From Eledone cirrhosa (Eukaryota): 64,000 nt of DNA. The notes below the pieces were generated by a model. That model made no database searches, was not told the DNA's origin, and saw only the letters and a list, made by a program, of their open reading frames with translations. The DNA lies in assembly GCA_964016885.1 (NCBI GenBank), contig OZ024751.1, positions 5,084,001-5,148,000 on the forward strand. The letters run 5' to 3'. A program made the translations under genes and the position numbers. This document shows positions 1 through 12,000 of the stretch, piece by piece (position 1 is the first letter of the stretch; each line of letters starts with the position of its first letter).

Positions 1-397
1 AGAGAGAAAAGTAGGGAAGAAGGAGAGAGAAGGAAAGATATGCAGGGGTTGGAGTAGGAGAGAGTGGCTTGTAGATATCTTAATCAAAATGTTATGGTAG
101 GGGTTTTATTGTTTACTTTTGGAGAGATGCGTAGATAGTTGAGGTCGGAATTATTTATTGCCCCAGAGGGCTGCAGTACCACCGTGGAAACACTTGTAAG
201 CACACGGAATGAATTACCTTTTTTGATGTCTACCTGTTATTATTCATTCTTTATATACACTCCGGAATACTGAAGGATCAGGAACTAAGTTTCTTGAACA
301 ATTCTTCCATAACTCGTAGAGTAACCTCTTACCGTACGTCAACCATATCCAGTGTAGTAATTAACCATCACTACATCTTGGATAATCCTATACCTAA

Positions 398-538
398 TAT
401 ATATATGTATATGTAGATATATATAGGTATGTATATGTTTATACATGTATGTATATTTATATATGTATGTATATGTATATGTATATATATATGTATGTAT
501 ATGTATATGTATATAAATATGTATATGTATATGTATAT

Positions 539-570
<32 letters not shown>

Positions 571-701
571 GTACATATATATATATGTATGTATAGATAT
601 ATATAAGTATGTATATGTATATACACATATATATGTATGTGTATATATATGTGTATATATATGTGTTTATGTGTATGTATATATGTGTATATTTATGTAT
701 G

Positions 702-776
<75 letters not shown>

Positions 777-904
777 ATATATATATGTATGTATGTATAT
801 GTATATATAAATATATGTATGTATGCATATATATATATGTATGTATACATGCATGAAACGAAATTTCATACATACATACATACTTATATATATGCATGTA
901 TATA

Positions 905-953
<49 letters not shown>

Positions 954-1525
954 GGTACCATGGGCCCAGCACTATGTATCAATAATTGTCACAAGTGTAG
1001 TGTTTGTACCAGAGTTTTCATGTCGCTGGCTGGACTAAAAAGTCACACTCGTTCAGCGCATCGGTAGGGTTTCTCCTACATGGATATAAAGTAGTGGCCG
1101 TACTCGAAAACGAGTTGGCGGCCACCATATATATATGTATGTATCTATATGTATGTATATATATATGTGTATATGTATGTATATATATATTTATGTATAT
1201 GTATATACACACATATATATATGTATATATGTATGTATATGTATGTATATACATATATATATGTATGTATATGTATGTATATATGTATGTATATGTATGT
1301 ATATATATATATATGTATATATATATGTATGTATGTATATGTATGTACATTTATATATGTATATATATATGTGTGTGTATATGTATATATACATACACAG
1401 ACACACACACATATATACATATTATACACATACAAATATATATGTATGTATGTATATGTTTATATACATACACACACACACTTATATATACATATTATAC
1501 ACATACAAATATATATATATATTTA
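398..1525. repeat. (TA)n/(TATG)n microsatellite tract, interrupted by an RTE 3' fragment
   Basis: Simple repeat visible directly; ORFs here are Y/I/H/T low-complexity artefacts. Confidence 0.95.
951..1126 (+). mobile_element. 5'-truncated 3' end of an RTE-like LINE or RTE-derived non-autonomous element
   Basis: Encodes [23 protein letters not shown] (terminal C2H2-like motif typical of RTE ORF ends); short 3' UTR with a CTCG-AAAA-CGAG hairpin, then (AT)n; near-identical copies at 28061-28236 and 28867-29042. Confidence 0.7.
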
Positions 1526-1898
1526 TACGCGCCCAAACTGATAATTTAACGTTTACCTTGAACTCAAAGCGCTGTATAAATGTATGATTGTTTCCGGTGA
1601 AGGAAGGCTTATTCACTTTGGACACTTGAAAAATCGCCTGCATGTCTCCATACATCTTATATATCGCTAGGAACGTCTGAGGGATAATGTAAGGTTATAT
1701 TTCAAAGATAAAAATTATTGAAAGCCTTGAAGAAAGGAATTCTTCAATAGGAGGAATTTAAAGGGATTTGTTTTATGTTAACTACACGGATTGAATGAAT
1801 TGGAAGATGCTCCTGCCCTGTATGGCCTCTGCTAGGGATGATGTCAGTATTAGAGATATGAGGAGAGATGTAGGGAGGTCAGTTAAGGTAGGATGATA

Positions 1899-1960
<62 letters not shown>

Positions 1961-2125
1961 GGGAAGAAGACGCACGAGGTGACGGAGGTCATGAAATCGC
2001 TCCCGTAAGTTTTGAATTTTTAACATATTTAAATCATTTGTGAAATAACAACTCTTAGTACAAATGCTACGTAAAGCACCCGGCTTGAGCCCCAAAAAAT
2101 TCGGACCCAAAATATATTGTTATAA

Positions 2126-2770
2126 GGCTCAAATATTCAAATATTCAACTTTGTATTGTACACTGTATATCCAAAAAAAAATGGCTATAAATGGAAGAAG
2201 AAGAACCCCCCCCCCTCCTCTCCTCTGGCTACACTATATAGGACAGCTAAACTCACCAACACCAGAAACTAGATACACCGCCCACCCCATCATCTGTGTA
2301 CACTAAACACAACAGCATTTTCACCTTCACCGCCACCGCTCACTACGGCCATCATTACCACCACTATCCCATCACCGCCGCCACCACCCCTTGACTCCTT
2401 CACTGCTGCTGCCACCGCTACAGCACCATCACTACAGTAATACGGCTCAAATATTCAAATATTCAACTTTGTATTGTACACTGTATATCCAAAAAAAAAA
2501 AAATAAAATGGCTATAAATGGAAGAAGAAGAACCCCCCCCCCTCCTCTCCTCTGGCTACACTATATAGGACAGCGAAACTCACCAACACCAGAAACTAGA
2601 TACACCACCCACCCCATCATCTGTGTACACTAAACACAACAGCATTTTCACCTTCACCGCCACCGCTCACTACGGCCATCATTACCACCACTATCCCATC
2701 ACCGCCGCCACCACCCCCTGACTCCTTCACTGCTGCTGCCACCGCTACAGCACCATCACTACAGTAATAC
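2126..2770 (+). repeat. ~320-bp tandem duplication inside the Dong 5' UTR
   Basis: GGCTCAAATATTCAAATATTC... starts at 2126 and again at 2444; copies nearly identical. Confidence 0.9.
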
Positions 2771-3341
2771 GGTCGCATCACCGCCACCACTGCCTCGGTA
2801 TCGACATCACCGCCACCACTGTCTCAGTATCGCCAACGCCGCTAGTCTCTGCTGGCTACCACTTCCACATTATAGAATTCCTACTACTAACAAAGAGGAA
2901 GGCATCAAAATATATAGATAGACTCAAAAGAAAAAAGAAAAAACAAACAACAAAAGCAGCACAGCAACAACAGTAAAAAACGAGAAAAACAGAGAAAAAC
3001 AAAAACAAAAAAAGAAACCCCAAAAACGTAAAGAAAATAAGAATGAAGAGAGAAGCAGGCGGACGGACAGAGAAGAGGGGGGAAAAAGTAAAACTTAAAA
3101 AACAAAAACTAAGTCAGACATTCGAATACTACATTACAATGAAACTTATGCTTATTCATTTTTGGGGCCCTTTCTGCCCGTGTGTTTGTTTGTTTATGTG
3201 TGTCCGTATACAGCGTGGTGATAATGCCACACAAGGGCCAAGTGGGATGGCGGATCCACAGATGGCTATGTAAACATACATTCGCCAATCCTCGATAAGA
3301 GTGTTTAAATATCGAACATAAACAGTTCGAATAACGGTGAA

Positions 3342-6300
3342 ATGGAGACTAGAACGTCATGTGACAGACTCTCACCCAACAGGTGCCCCCTGGCTCAGCA
3401 GCAGGAACCTGACTGTCAACGAAATACTGCTGATGTTGGAGGAAGAAGAAGAAGGAAAGGGGCCAGAACCAACTGGACGAAAGAATTGAATAGAACTGTT
3501 ATGCAATGCTACCTGAAAAGTAACCCCAAGGAGAGGGGCTACAGGAGACGGATGCATAACATCTGGAACGAGATTGGTTTATTTAAATTAGATGAACAAA
3601 AATTGGCCGGGCAGGCTCGGGTAATAAGAACTAATGGGTGGATAAGCGAGCTGGAACTGGAGGAACTGAGCAGAGAGAATGGCTTGGAGATGGCGGGTGT
3701 AGTATGCCAGACAAGCGAGCCGGCGGGAAATGAAGGTGAGGAGGTCCTGAGAGCGGAGGAACCACCCGAAGCAGACAATGATCTGAATACTGAGATAAAT
3801 AATACCTGGAACAGAGATACGGCCACTGAGGAGATGAATGCTGACGGGCTAGGACAAGATTCGGTTGACATCCTAAATTTAGTGGTAGATGAGTTGAACA
3901 ATGATAGTGGGAGACCTATGAACCTAAGATTTGTAGACAGGAAAAAGTTAAAAGAAACAACAGCTAAGGTAAACAAAGTCATCCCATACCTTGAGGCGAG
4001 GAGTCTTCACCAGTGCAACAATATCCTCAAAGCAACAGCAAATACGGTGAGGAAACTACTTGGTATAAAAGCGAGAGGAAACAACAGACAAGAAAGAGCA
4101 GAGCCGTGGTGGAAGAAGCGACTGAGTGGGCAAATCGGGGAAATGAGAAATGACATAGGAAAGCTTGAGTCACTACTGAATGGGACACTAAAAAACATAG
4201 GCACTAAAAATAGACTGGAAATAAAATACAAAACTAGGAGTAAAAAGCTAAATATTATCATAGAGGAATTGAAGCAACGCATTGTAGCAAAGAGTGCCAA
4301 AATCAGGCGATACGAGAACAGAGTCAGTCAGTATAAACAGAACCGCATGTTCGACAACAACCAGAAGATGCTGTTTGGACAGCTTGAGGGGAAAGAAAGA
4401 GGCACCGACTTGATCCCTGGGGCGGAACAAGCTAAAACATTCTGGAGAGGAATATGGGAGCAGGATGTTAGACACAATGCCCAGGCAGGGTGGACTGAGA
4501 CAGTACAGAGGGAGATCGGTGAGCAGGCACAGCAACAGACTGATTTGAGTATCATAGTTGAAACTCTTAAGGGGCAAGCCAAAAAACTAACCAACTGGAA
4601 ATCACCAGGCCCAGATGGTGTGCAGGGGTATTGGATTAAACATTTAACATCCCTCCACCCGAAGCTGACGGCCATGTTCAATGACTGCTTGGTGTCGGGT
4701 GAGGTGCCAGAGTGGTTGACAAAAGGTACCACAGTTCTGATAATGAAAGACCGAATCAAGGGTAATGATGTTACCAACTATAGACCTATCACATGTCTGC
4801 CCGTAATGTGGAAACTGTTGACGAGCATTGTGTCTGAGGAAATCTACCATCACCTCCACACAAACAACTTGTTGCCGGACGAACAGAAAGGATGCCGAAA
4901 GAAGTCACGTGGTACAAAGGACCAGTTGCTTATTGATAAGATGGTAATGGGGAATTGCAGGAGGAGACACACTGATCTTGCCATGGGATGGATAGACTAC
5001 AGAAAGGCATTTGACATGGTGCCTCATTCCTGGATCACCAAAAGCCTGGAGATCTTCAGGGTGGCAGATAACATCAGACAGTTGCTGGGCAGGAGTATGG
5101 GGTCCTGGGAGACAGAGTTGACATCAACTGGAGTATCCTTGGGAAGCGTGAAGATCAAGAGAGGTATCTTCCAGGGAGATAGCCTGTCCCCTCTGTTGTT
5201 TGTCCTTGCCCTGATGCCCTTGACCATTATGCTGCGAAAAGTGAGAGCAGGATACAAGTTGGGAAGGGGAGAGCTTACCATCAATCACCTCCTCTTCATG
5301 GACGATCTTAAGCTCTTCGGGAAAAGTGAGAAGGAGTTGGATGTGCTTGTTGACACTGTCCGTATTTTCAGCAGTGATATATGTATGCAGTTTGGTATTG
5401 GTAAATGTGGAGTCATTGTGATGAGGAGGGGTAGGTTGAGCAGAAGTAACGGGATCCAGATACCAACAGGTGAGATGATAAAGGAAATTGACTCTGAGGA
5501 AGGATACAAGTATTTGGGCGTTCTGGAGGCTGATGGCATAAAGAACAAAAAAATGAAGGAATTGTTAAGAACTGAATACATTCGGAGAGTAAGGAGCGTA
5601 TTGAAGTCACATCTGAACAGCAGAAATGCCATAAGCGCAGTAAATTCCCGAGCTGTGTCTATTATTAGGTACAGTGCGGGAATTCTGAGATGGAATGTTG
5701 CTGAACAAAAAGAAATGGATAGGAAGACTAGGAAGCTATTGACTATCTACAACATGTTCCACAAGAGGAGTGATGTCGATAGACTCTACCTAAGGAGATC
5801 TGAGGGTGGAAGAGGTCTTATCAGCATAGAGGACTGTGTTCAGATGGAGAAAAACAACCTATACAAATACGTGACCTATAGTAAGGAGCCAATGCTCAGA
5901 GCTGTACTGAAGGAGGGGACAGTAGGCCAGGGGATACCCAAGGAGGAAATAACATCAAGGAGGAAGAGCAGCCTTAAGGGAAAATCCCTTCATAGTACCT
6001 TCTTTGAGAAAACTGAATTTAGAGATCCACAGACATGGAACTGGTTGAGAAGAGGAGACCTCAAAAAGGCTACAGAAGGAATGCTAATGGCTGCGCAGGA
6101 GCAGGCCCTCAAAACGAAGTGGTTGAAGCACCATATCTACAAGGAGGAGGCTAGCCCACTGTGCAGGATCTGTGGAGAGAGAGAGGAGACTGTGGCTCAC
6201 ATTGTGTCCGAGTGTAAACACCTAGCCCAGACCCACTATAAGGGCTGGAGACACGATGTGATGGGCAGGGTGATCCACTGGCACCTGTGCAAAGTAAACA

Positions 6301-6734
6301 ATCTACCACATTCTGAGAAATGGTATGAGCATAGGCCAGAGGCGGTGATGGAGAACAGTCAGGTGAAGGTGCTGTGGGATTTTAGGATACAGACGGACAA
6401 AAAACTGGAACACAATAGACCTGACCTGGTGGTTGTGGACAAAGAAAAAAGATCGTGCCTGATTGTGGATGTGGCCTGCCCGTTCGACACGAGAGTGCAA
6501 GAGAAGGAGAGGGAGAAAATTAACCGATACCAGGACCTAAAGTGGGAGGTGAAAAGGATTTGGAACTGCCATGAAGTCAAAGTGATCCCGATTGTCATAG
6601 GCGCACTGGGGACTATCTCCAAAGGTTTCCAGGGATGGTTAAAGAAAATCGGCCCCTTCACGCTTTTTGGAACGCTTCAAAAGGCATGCTTGCTTGGAAC
6701 GGCAAGAACCCTCCGATACGTCCTGAATATCTGA
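3342..6734 (+). CDS. Intact retrotransposon protein: reverse transcriptase, CCHC zinc knuckle and restriction-like endonuclease (R4/Dong type)
   Basis: 1130-aa uninterrupted ORF; motifs [72 protein letters not shown]...IVDVACP, EKINRYQDL. Confidence 0.95.
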   Translation: METRTSCDRLSPNRCPLAQQQEPDCQRNTADVGGRRRRKGARTNWTKELNRTVMQCYLKSNPKERGYRRRMHNIWNEIGLFKLDEQKLAGQARVIRTNGWISELELEELSRENGLEMAGVVCQTSEPAGNEGEEVLRAEEPPEADNDLNTEINNTWNRDTATEEMNADGLGQDSVDILNLVVDELNNDSGRPMNLRFVDRKKLKETTAKVNKVIPYLEARSLHQCNNILKATANTVRKLLGIKARGNNRQERAEPWWKKRLSGQIGEMRNDIGKLESLLNGTLKNIGTKNRLEIKYKTRSKKLNIIIEELKQRIVAKSAKIRRYENRVSQYKQNRMFDNNQKMLFGQLEGKERGTDLIPGAEQAKTFWRGIWEQDVRHNAQAGWTETVQREIGEQAQQQTDLSIIVETLKGQAKKLTNWKSPGPDGVQGYWIKHLTSLHPKLTAMFNDCLVSGEVPEWLTKGTTVLIMKDRIKGNDVTNYRPITCLPVMWKLLTSIVSEEIYHHLHTNNLLPDEQKGCRKKSRGTKDQLLIDKMVMGNCRRRHTDLAMGWIDYRKAFDMVPHSWITKSLEIFRVADNIRQLLGRSMGSWETELTSTGVSLGSVKIKRGIFQGDSLSPLLFVLALMPLTIMLRKVRAGYKLGRGELTINHLLFMDDLKLFGKSEKELDVLVDTVRIFSSDICMQFGIGKCGVIVMRRGRLSRSNGIQIPTGEMIKEIDSEEGYKYLGVLEADGIKNKKMKELLRTEYIRRVRSVLKSHLNSRNAISAVNSRAVSIIRYSAGILRWNVAEQKEMDRKTRKLLTIYNMFHKRSDVDRLYLRRSEGGRGLISIEDCVQMEKNNLYKYVTYSKEPMLRAVLKEGTVGQGIPKEEITSRRKSSLKGKSLHSTFFEKTEFRDPQTWNWLRRGDLKKATEGMLMAAQEQALKTKWLKHHIYKEEASPLCRICGEREETVAHIVSECKHLAQTHYKGWRHDVMGRVIHWHLCKVNNLPHSEKWYEHRPEAVMENSQVKVLWDFRIQTDKKLEHNRPDLVVVDKEKRSCLIVDVACPFDTRVQEKEREKINRYQDLKWEVKRIWNCHEVKVIPIVIGALGTISKGFQGWLKKIGPFTLFGTLQKACLLGTARTLRYVLNI

Positions 6735-6847
6735 GGCTGCAGGTAGTGGCTTGATATTCAATCCAACGGACTTTCCAGTTAACCAACATCAATGACTGAG
6801 ATTCAAGGAATAACAATAACAATAATAATAATAATAATAATAATAAT

Positions 6848-7138
6848 GATTTCTTTATTAACCACAAGGGTTTACATAAAGTAGACATTAAGGACAGTAC
6901 AGGACAATACAGGGCGGTACAAATGGGCATTTCTGCGTGTAAAAAAACAAGAAACAGAGGAGGTAATAATAGAACAATGAAAAAATCTCCCAATAGGGGG
7001 GAGACTTCCGAGGGACATTGGTGGAGAAAGCCCATTAAAAAGCCACAGTGACCCTGACCACCAGGGCAAGTGCCCTCTCCCAGTTTTCCACCTTTAATTT
7101 ACAGACACATACTCAGAGTAGGCCCATTCACTCGGGCC

Positions 7139-7139
<1 letters not shown>
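6848..7139 (-). mobile_element. 5'-truncated 3' end of the Tx1/L1-like element
   Basis: Reverse complement of ~49556-49852 (ORF2 end, 3' UTR, AATAAA); flanked by (TAA)n. Confidence 0.9.
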
Positions 7140-7171
<32 letters not shown>

Positions 7172-7196
7172 TTAATAATAATAATAATAATAATAA

Positions 7197-7895
7197 ACGA
7201 AGTGGTTGAAACACCATATTTACAAGGAGGAGGCTAGCCCACTGTGCAGGATCTGTGGAGAGAGAGAGAGGAGACTGTGGCTCACATTGTATCCGAGTGT
7301 AAACACCTAGCCCAGACCCACTATAAGGGTTGGAGACATGATGTGATGGGCAGGGTGATCCACTGGCACCTGTGCAAAGTAAACAATTTACCACATTCTG
7401 AGAAATGGTATGAGCATAGGCCAGAGGCGGTGATGGAGAACAGTCAGGTGAAGGTGCTGTGGGATTTTAGGATACAGACGGACAAAAAACTGGAACACAA
7501 TAGACCTGACCTGGTGGTTGTGGACAAAGAAAAAAGATCGTGCCTGATTGTGGATGTGGCCTGCCCGTTCGACACGAGAGTGCAAGAGAAGGAGAGGGAG
7601 AAAATTAACCGATACCAGGACCTAAAGTGGGAGGTGAAAAGGATTTGGAACTGCCATGAAGTCAAAGTGATCCCGATTGTCATAGGCGCACTGGGGACTA
7701 TCTCCAAAGGTTTCCAGGGATGGTTAAAGAAAATCGGCCCCTTCACGCTTTTTGGAACGCTTCAAAAGGCATGCTTGCTTGGAACGGCAAGAACCCTCCG
7801 ATACGTCCTGAATATCTGAGGCTGCAGGTAGTGGCTTGATATTCAATCCAACGGACTTTCCAGTTAACCAACATCAATGACTGAGATTCAAGGAA
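7197..7895 (+). mobile_element. 5'-truncated Dong copy (RLE domain and 3' UTR)
   Basis: Near-identical to 6113-6810; ORF 7244-7819. Confidence 0.92.
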
Positions 7896-7932
7896 TAACA
7901 ATAACAATAATAATAATAATAATAATAATAAT

Positions 7933-8223
7933 GATTTCTTTATTAACCACAAGGGTTTACATAAAGTAGACATTAAGGACAGTACAGGACAATACAGGGC
8001 GGTACAAATGGGCATTTCTGCGTGTAAAAAAACAAGAAACAGAGGAGGTAATAATAGAACAATGAAAAAATCTCCCAATAGGGGGGAGACTTCCGAGGGA
8101 CATTGGTGGAGAAAGCCCATTAAAAAGCCACAGTGACCCTGACCACCAGGGCAAGTGCCCTCTCCCAGTTTTCCACCTTTAATTTACAGACACATACTCA
8201 GAGTAGGCCCATTCACTCGGGCC

Positions 8224-8224
<1 letters not shown>
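7933..8224 (-). mobile_element. Second copy of the Tx1/L1-like 3' fragment
   Basis: Matches 6848-7139 at a 1085-bp offset. Confidence 0.9.
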
Positions 8225-8256
<32 letters not shown>

Positions 8257-8281
8257 TTAATAATAATAATAATAATAATAA

Positions 8282-8977
8282 ACGAAGTGGTTGAAACACC
8301 ATATTTACAAGGAGGAGGCTAGCCCACTGTGCAGGATCTGTGGAGAGAGAGAGAGGAGACTGTGGCTCACATTGTATCCGAGTGTAAACACCTAGCCCAG
8401 ACCCACTATAAGGGTTGGAGACATGATGTGATGGGCAGGGTGATCCACTGGCACCTGTGCAAAGTAAACAATTTACCACATTCTGAGAAATGGTATGAGC
8501 ATAAGCCAGAGGCGGTGATGGAGAACGATCAGGTGAAGGTGCTGTGGGATTTTAGGATACAGACGGACAAGAAACTGGAACACAATAGACCTAACCTGGT
8601 GGTTGTGGACAAAGAAAAAAGATCGTGTCTGATTGTGGATGTGGCCTGCCCATTCGACACGAGAGTGCAAGAGAAGGAGAGGGAGAAAATTAACCGATAC
8701 CAGGACTTAAAGTGGGAGGTAAAAAGGATTTGGAACTGCCATGAAGTCGAAGTGATCCCGATTGTCATAGGCGCACTGGGGACTATCTCCAAAAGTTTCC
8801 AGGGATGGTTAAAGAAAATCGGCCCCTTCACGCTTTTTGGAACGCTTCAAAAGGCATGCTTGCTGGGAACAGCAAGAACCCTCCGATACGTCCTGAATAT
8901 CTGAGGCTGCAGGTAGTGGCTTGATATTCATACCAACGGACTTTCCAGTTAACTAACATCAATGACTGAGATTCAAG

Positions 8978-8980
<3 letters not shown>
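8282..8980 (+). mobile_element. 5'-truncated Dong copy (RLE domain and 3' UTR)
   Basis: ORF 8329-8904 matches the C-terminus of 3342-6734 with several substitutions. Confidence 0.92.
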
Positions 8981-9028
<48 letters not shown>

Positions 9029-9091
9029 GGGAAGAAAACGCACATGGTGGATATATATATATAATAATAAAAACAATAATAATAATAATAA

Positions 9092-12000
9092 GGGAAGAAA
9101 ACACACATGGTGGATAGAGTGTTATGGAATCGCTCCCGTAAGTTTTTGATTTTTACTTATTTAAAACAACTGTGATAGAATAATTCTTATTATAAATGAA
9201 ATATAAAATTACAGTTTTCACCCTCAGCAAGCGACAACGCATCACATTACGGCATAGGGCCCCAATATTTAATATTTAATTTTGGATCAGAAATGTTATA
9301 GTCGAAAAAGCGAAAAATGGCTAGGTGGACAGCCAGGCAAATAATTTCACCACCAACACCACCACCGCCACCACCACCACTACCACGCCGAAAACTCTAG
9401 TCAAGTTACCTCAACTTCTATTTCTACTTCAACTTCAACACCATCACTACAGTACTACGATCACATCACCACCACCACTGCCTCATTATCGCTACCGCCG
9501 CTATTCTCTCCCACTACCTCCTGCTAAGTACTACTAGCACATCACCACCACCACCACTGCCTCATTATCGCTACCGCCGCTATTCTCTCCCACTACCTCC
9601 TGCTAAGACAGGCATCGTAGTATTCCCACTAAATGAGGAAGGCATCAAAAGATATAAATAGACTGATTTGATGACCCGGTCAAAAACTAAAAAAAAACAA
9701 AAATCAAAATCAAAACACCACAGCAGCAACGAAAAACGTAAAGTAAAGAAAAGAAAAAAGAAAAACAAACAGACAGACAAGCAGAAAAACTAAGTCAGAC
9801 ATTCAAACATTATATTACAATGAAACTTATGCTTATTTTTGTTTTTTTTTACCTATTTGTTTGTTTGTTTATTTATGTTCGTCTACAGCGTGATTGTGCC
9901 ACGCTAAAATCATCACCGGGGGTGTTGAAATCACCGGTGGTTATGTAACCATACATTCACCAATCCTTGATAAGAGTGTATCAATATCGAACCTAAACAG
10001 CTCGAATAAGGGTGAAGTGGAGACTGGAATGTCATGTGACAGACTCTCACCCAGCAGGTGCTCCCTGGCTCAGCAGCAGGGACCTGGCTGTCAACCAAAT
10101 ACTGCTGGTGTCGGAGGAAGAAGAAGAAGGAAAGGGACCAGAACCAGCTGGACGAAAGAATTGAATAGAACTGTTATGCAATGTTACCTGAAGAGTAACT
10201 CCAAGGAAAAAGGCTATAGGAAACGGATGCATAACATCTGGAACGAGATTGGTCTATTTAAATTAGATGAACAAAAATACCTTGAGACGAGGAGCCTTCA
10301 CCAGTGCAACAATATCCTCAAAGCAACAGCAAATGCGGTGAGGAAATTACTTGGCATAAAAGCGAGAGGAAACAACAAACAAGAAAGATCAGAACCTTGG
10401 TGGAAGAAACGACTGAATGGTCAAATCAGGGAAATGAGAAATGATATTGGAAAGCTTGAGTCCCTAGTGAATGGGACACTAAAAAACATAGACACTAAAA
10501 ATAGAATGGAAATAAAGTACAAAACTAGGAGGAAAAAGCTAAATATTATCATAGAGGAACTGAAGCAACGTATTGTAGCAAAGAGTGCAAAAATTAGGCG
10601 ATACGAGAGCAGAGTCAGTCAGTATAGACAGAACCGCATGTTTGACAACAACCAGATGTTGTTTGGACAGCTTGAAGGGAAAGAAAGAGGCAACGACTTG
10701 ATCCCTGAGGCGGAACAAACTAAGACATTCTGGAGAGGAATATGGGAGCAGGATGTTAAACATAATGACCAGGCAGTGTGGATTGAGACAGTACAAAAGG
10801 AGTTTAGTGAACAGGCACACCAACAAACTAATTTGAGTATCACAGTTGAAACTCTTAAGGGGCAGGCCAAAAAACTAACCAACTGGAAATTACCAGGCCC
10901 AGATAGTGTGCAGGGGTATTGGATTAAAAATATAACATCCCTCCACCCGAAACTGACAACCGTGTTCAATGACTGCTTGATGTCAGGTGAGGTGCCAAAG
11001 TGGTTGACAAAAGGTACCACAGTTCTGGTAATGAAAGACCGAATCAAGGGTAATGATGTTACCAACTATAGACCTTTCACATGTCTGTCCGTAATGTGAA
11101 AACTGTTGACAAGCATTGTGTCTGAGGAAATCTACCATCACCTGCACACAAACAACTTGTTACCGGACGAACAGAAAGGATTCCGAAAGAAGTCCCGTGG
11201 TACAAAGGACCAGTTACTTATTGATAAGATGGTAATGAGGAACTGCAAGAGGAGACACACTGGTCTTGCCATGGGATGGATAGACTACAAAAAGGCATTT
11301 GACATGGTACCTCATTCTTGGATAACCAAAAGCCTAGAGATCTTCAAGGTGGCAGATAACATCAGACAGTTGTTGAGCAAAAGTATGAAGTCCTGGAAAA
11401 CAGAGTTAACATCAGCTGGAGAATCCTTGGGAGGCGTGAAGATCAAGAGAGGTATCTTCCAGGGAGATAGTCTGTCCCCTCTGTTGTTTGACCTTGCCCT
11501 GATGCCCCTGGCTATTAGACTGCGAAAAGTGAGAGCAGGATACAAGTTGGGAAAGGGAGAGCTTACCATCAATCACCTCCTCTTCATAGACGATCTTAAG
11601 CTCTTCGGGAAGAGTGAGACGGAGCTGGATGTGCTTGTTAACACTGTCCGTATTTTCAGCAATGATATATGTATGCAATTTGGTATTAGTAACTGTGGAG
11701 TCCTTGTGATGAAGGGGGGTAAATTGAGCAGAAGCAACGGAATCCAGGTACCAACAGGTGAGATGATAAAGGAAATTGACACTGAAGAAGGATACAAGTA
11801 TTTGGGTGTTCAAGAACAAAAAAATGAAGGGATTGATAAGATCTGAATACATTCGGAGAGTAAGGAGCGTATTAAAGTCACATCTGAACAGTAGGAATGC
11901 CATAAGTGCAGTAAATTCCCAAGCTGTGTCTATTATTAGGTACAGTGCGGTAATTCTGAGATGGAATGTTGCTGAACAAAAAGAAATGGATAGGAAGACT

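Larger units (their letters stand above)
1961..6810 (+). mobile_element. Full-length R4/Dong-clade non-LTR retrotransposon inserted in (TAA)n
   Basis: (TAA)n on both sides; 5' end GGGAAG... and 3' end ...GACTGAGATTCAAGGAA shared with other copies (9092-13083, 39168-44093); single long ORF. Confidence 0.92.

Noticed and set aside
990-1067. C2H2 zinc finger as a host ZNF exon
   Set aside because: Single finger at the end of a dispersed repeat present three times with an RTE-type tail; no linker or finger array
339-1587. Many ORFs rich in Y/I/H/T/C/V (also 16392-20614, 33476-34347, 61267-62184)
   Set aside because: Translations of (TA)n/(CA)n microsatellites lacking stop codons
1961-2030. HDV-like ribozyme at the Dong 5' end
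   Set aside because: Only a weak GGGA/UCCC pairing found; no P3/L3 or J4/2 pattern could be fitted by eye
3372-6661. Minus-strand ORFs overlapping the Dong ORF (and similar shadows over the other LINEs)
   Set aside because: Antisense shadows of retrotransposon coding sequence with no independent motifs
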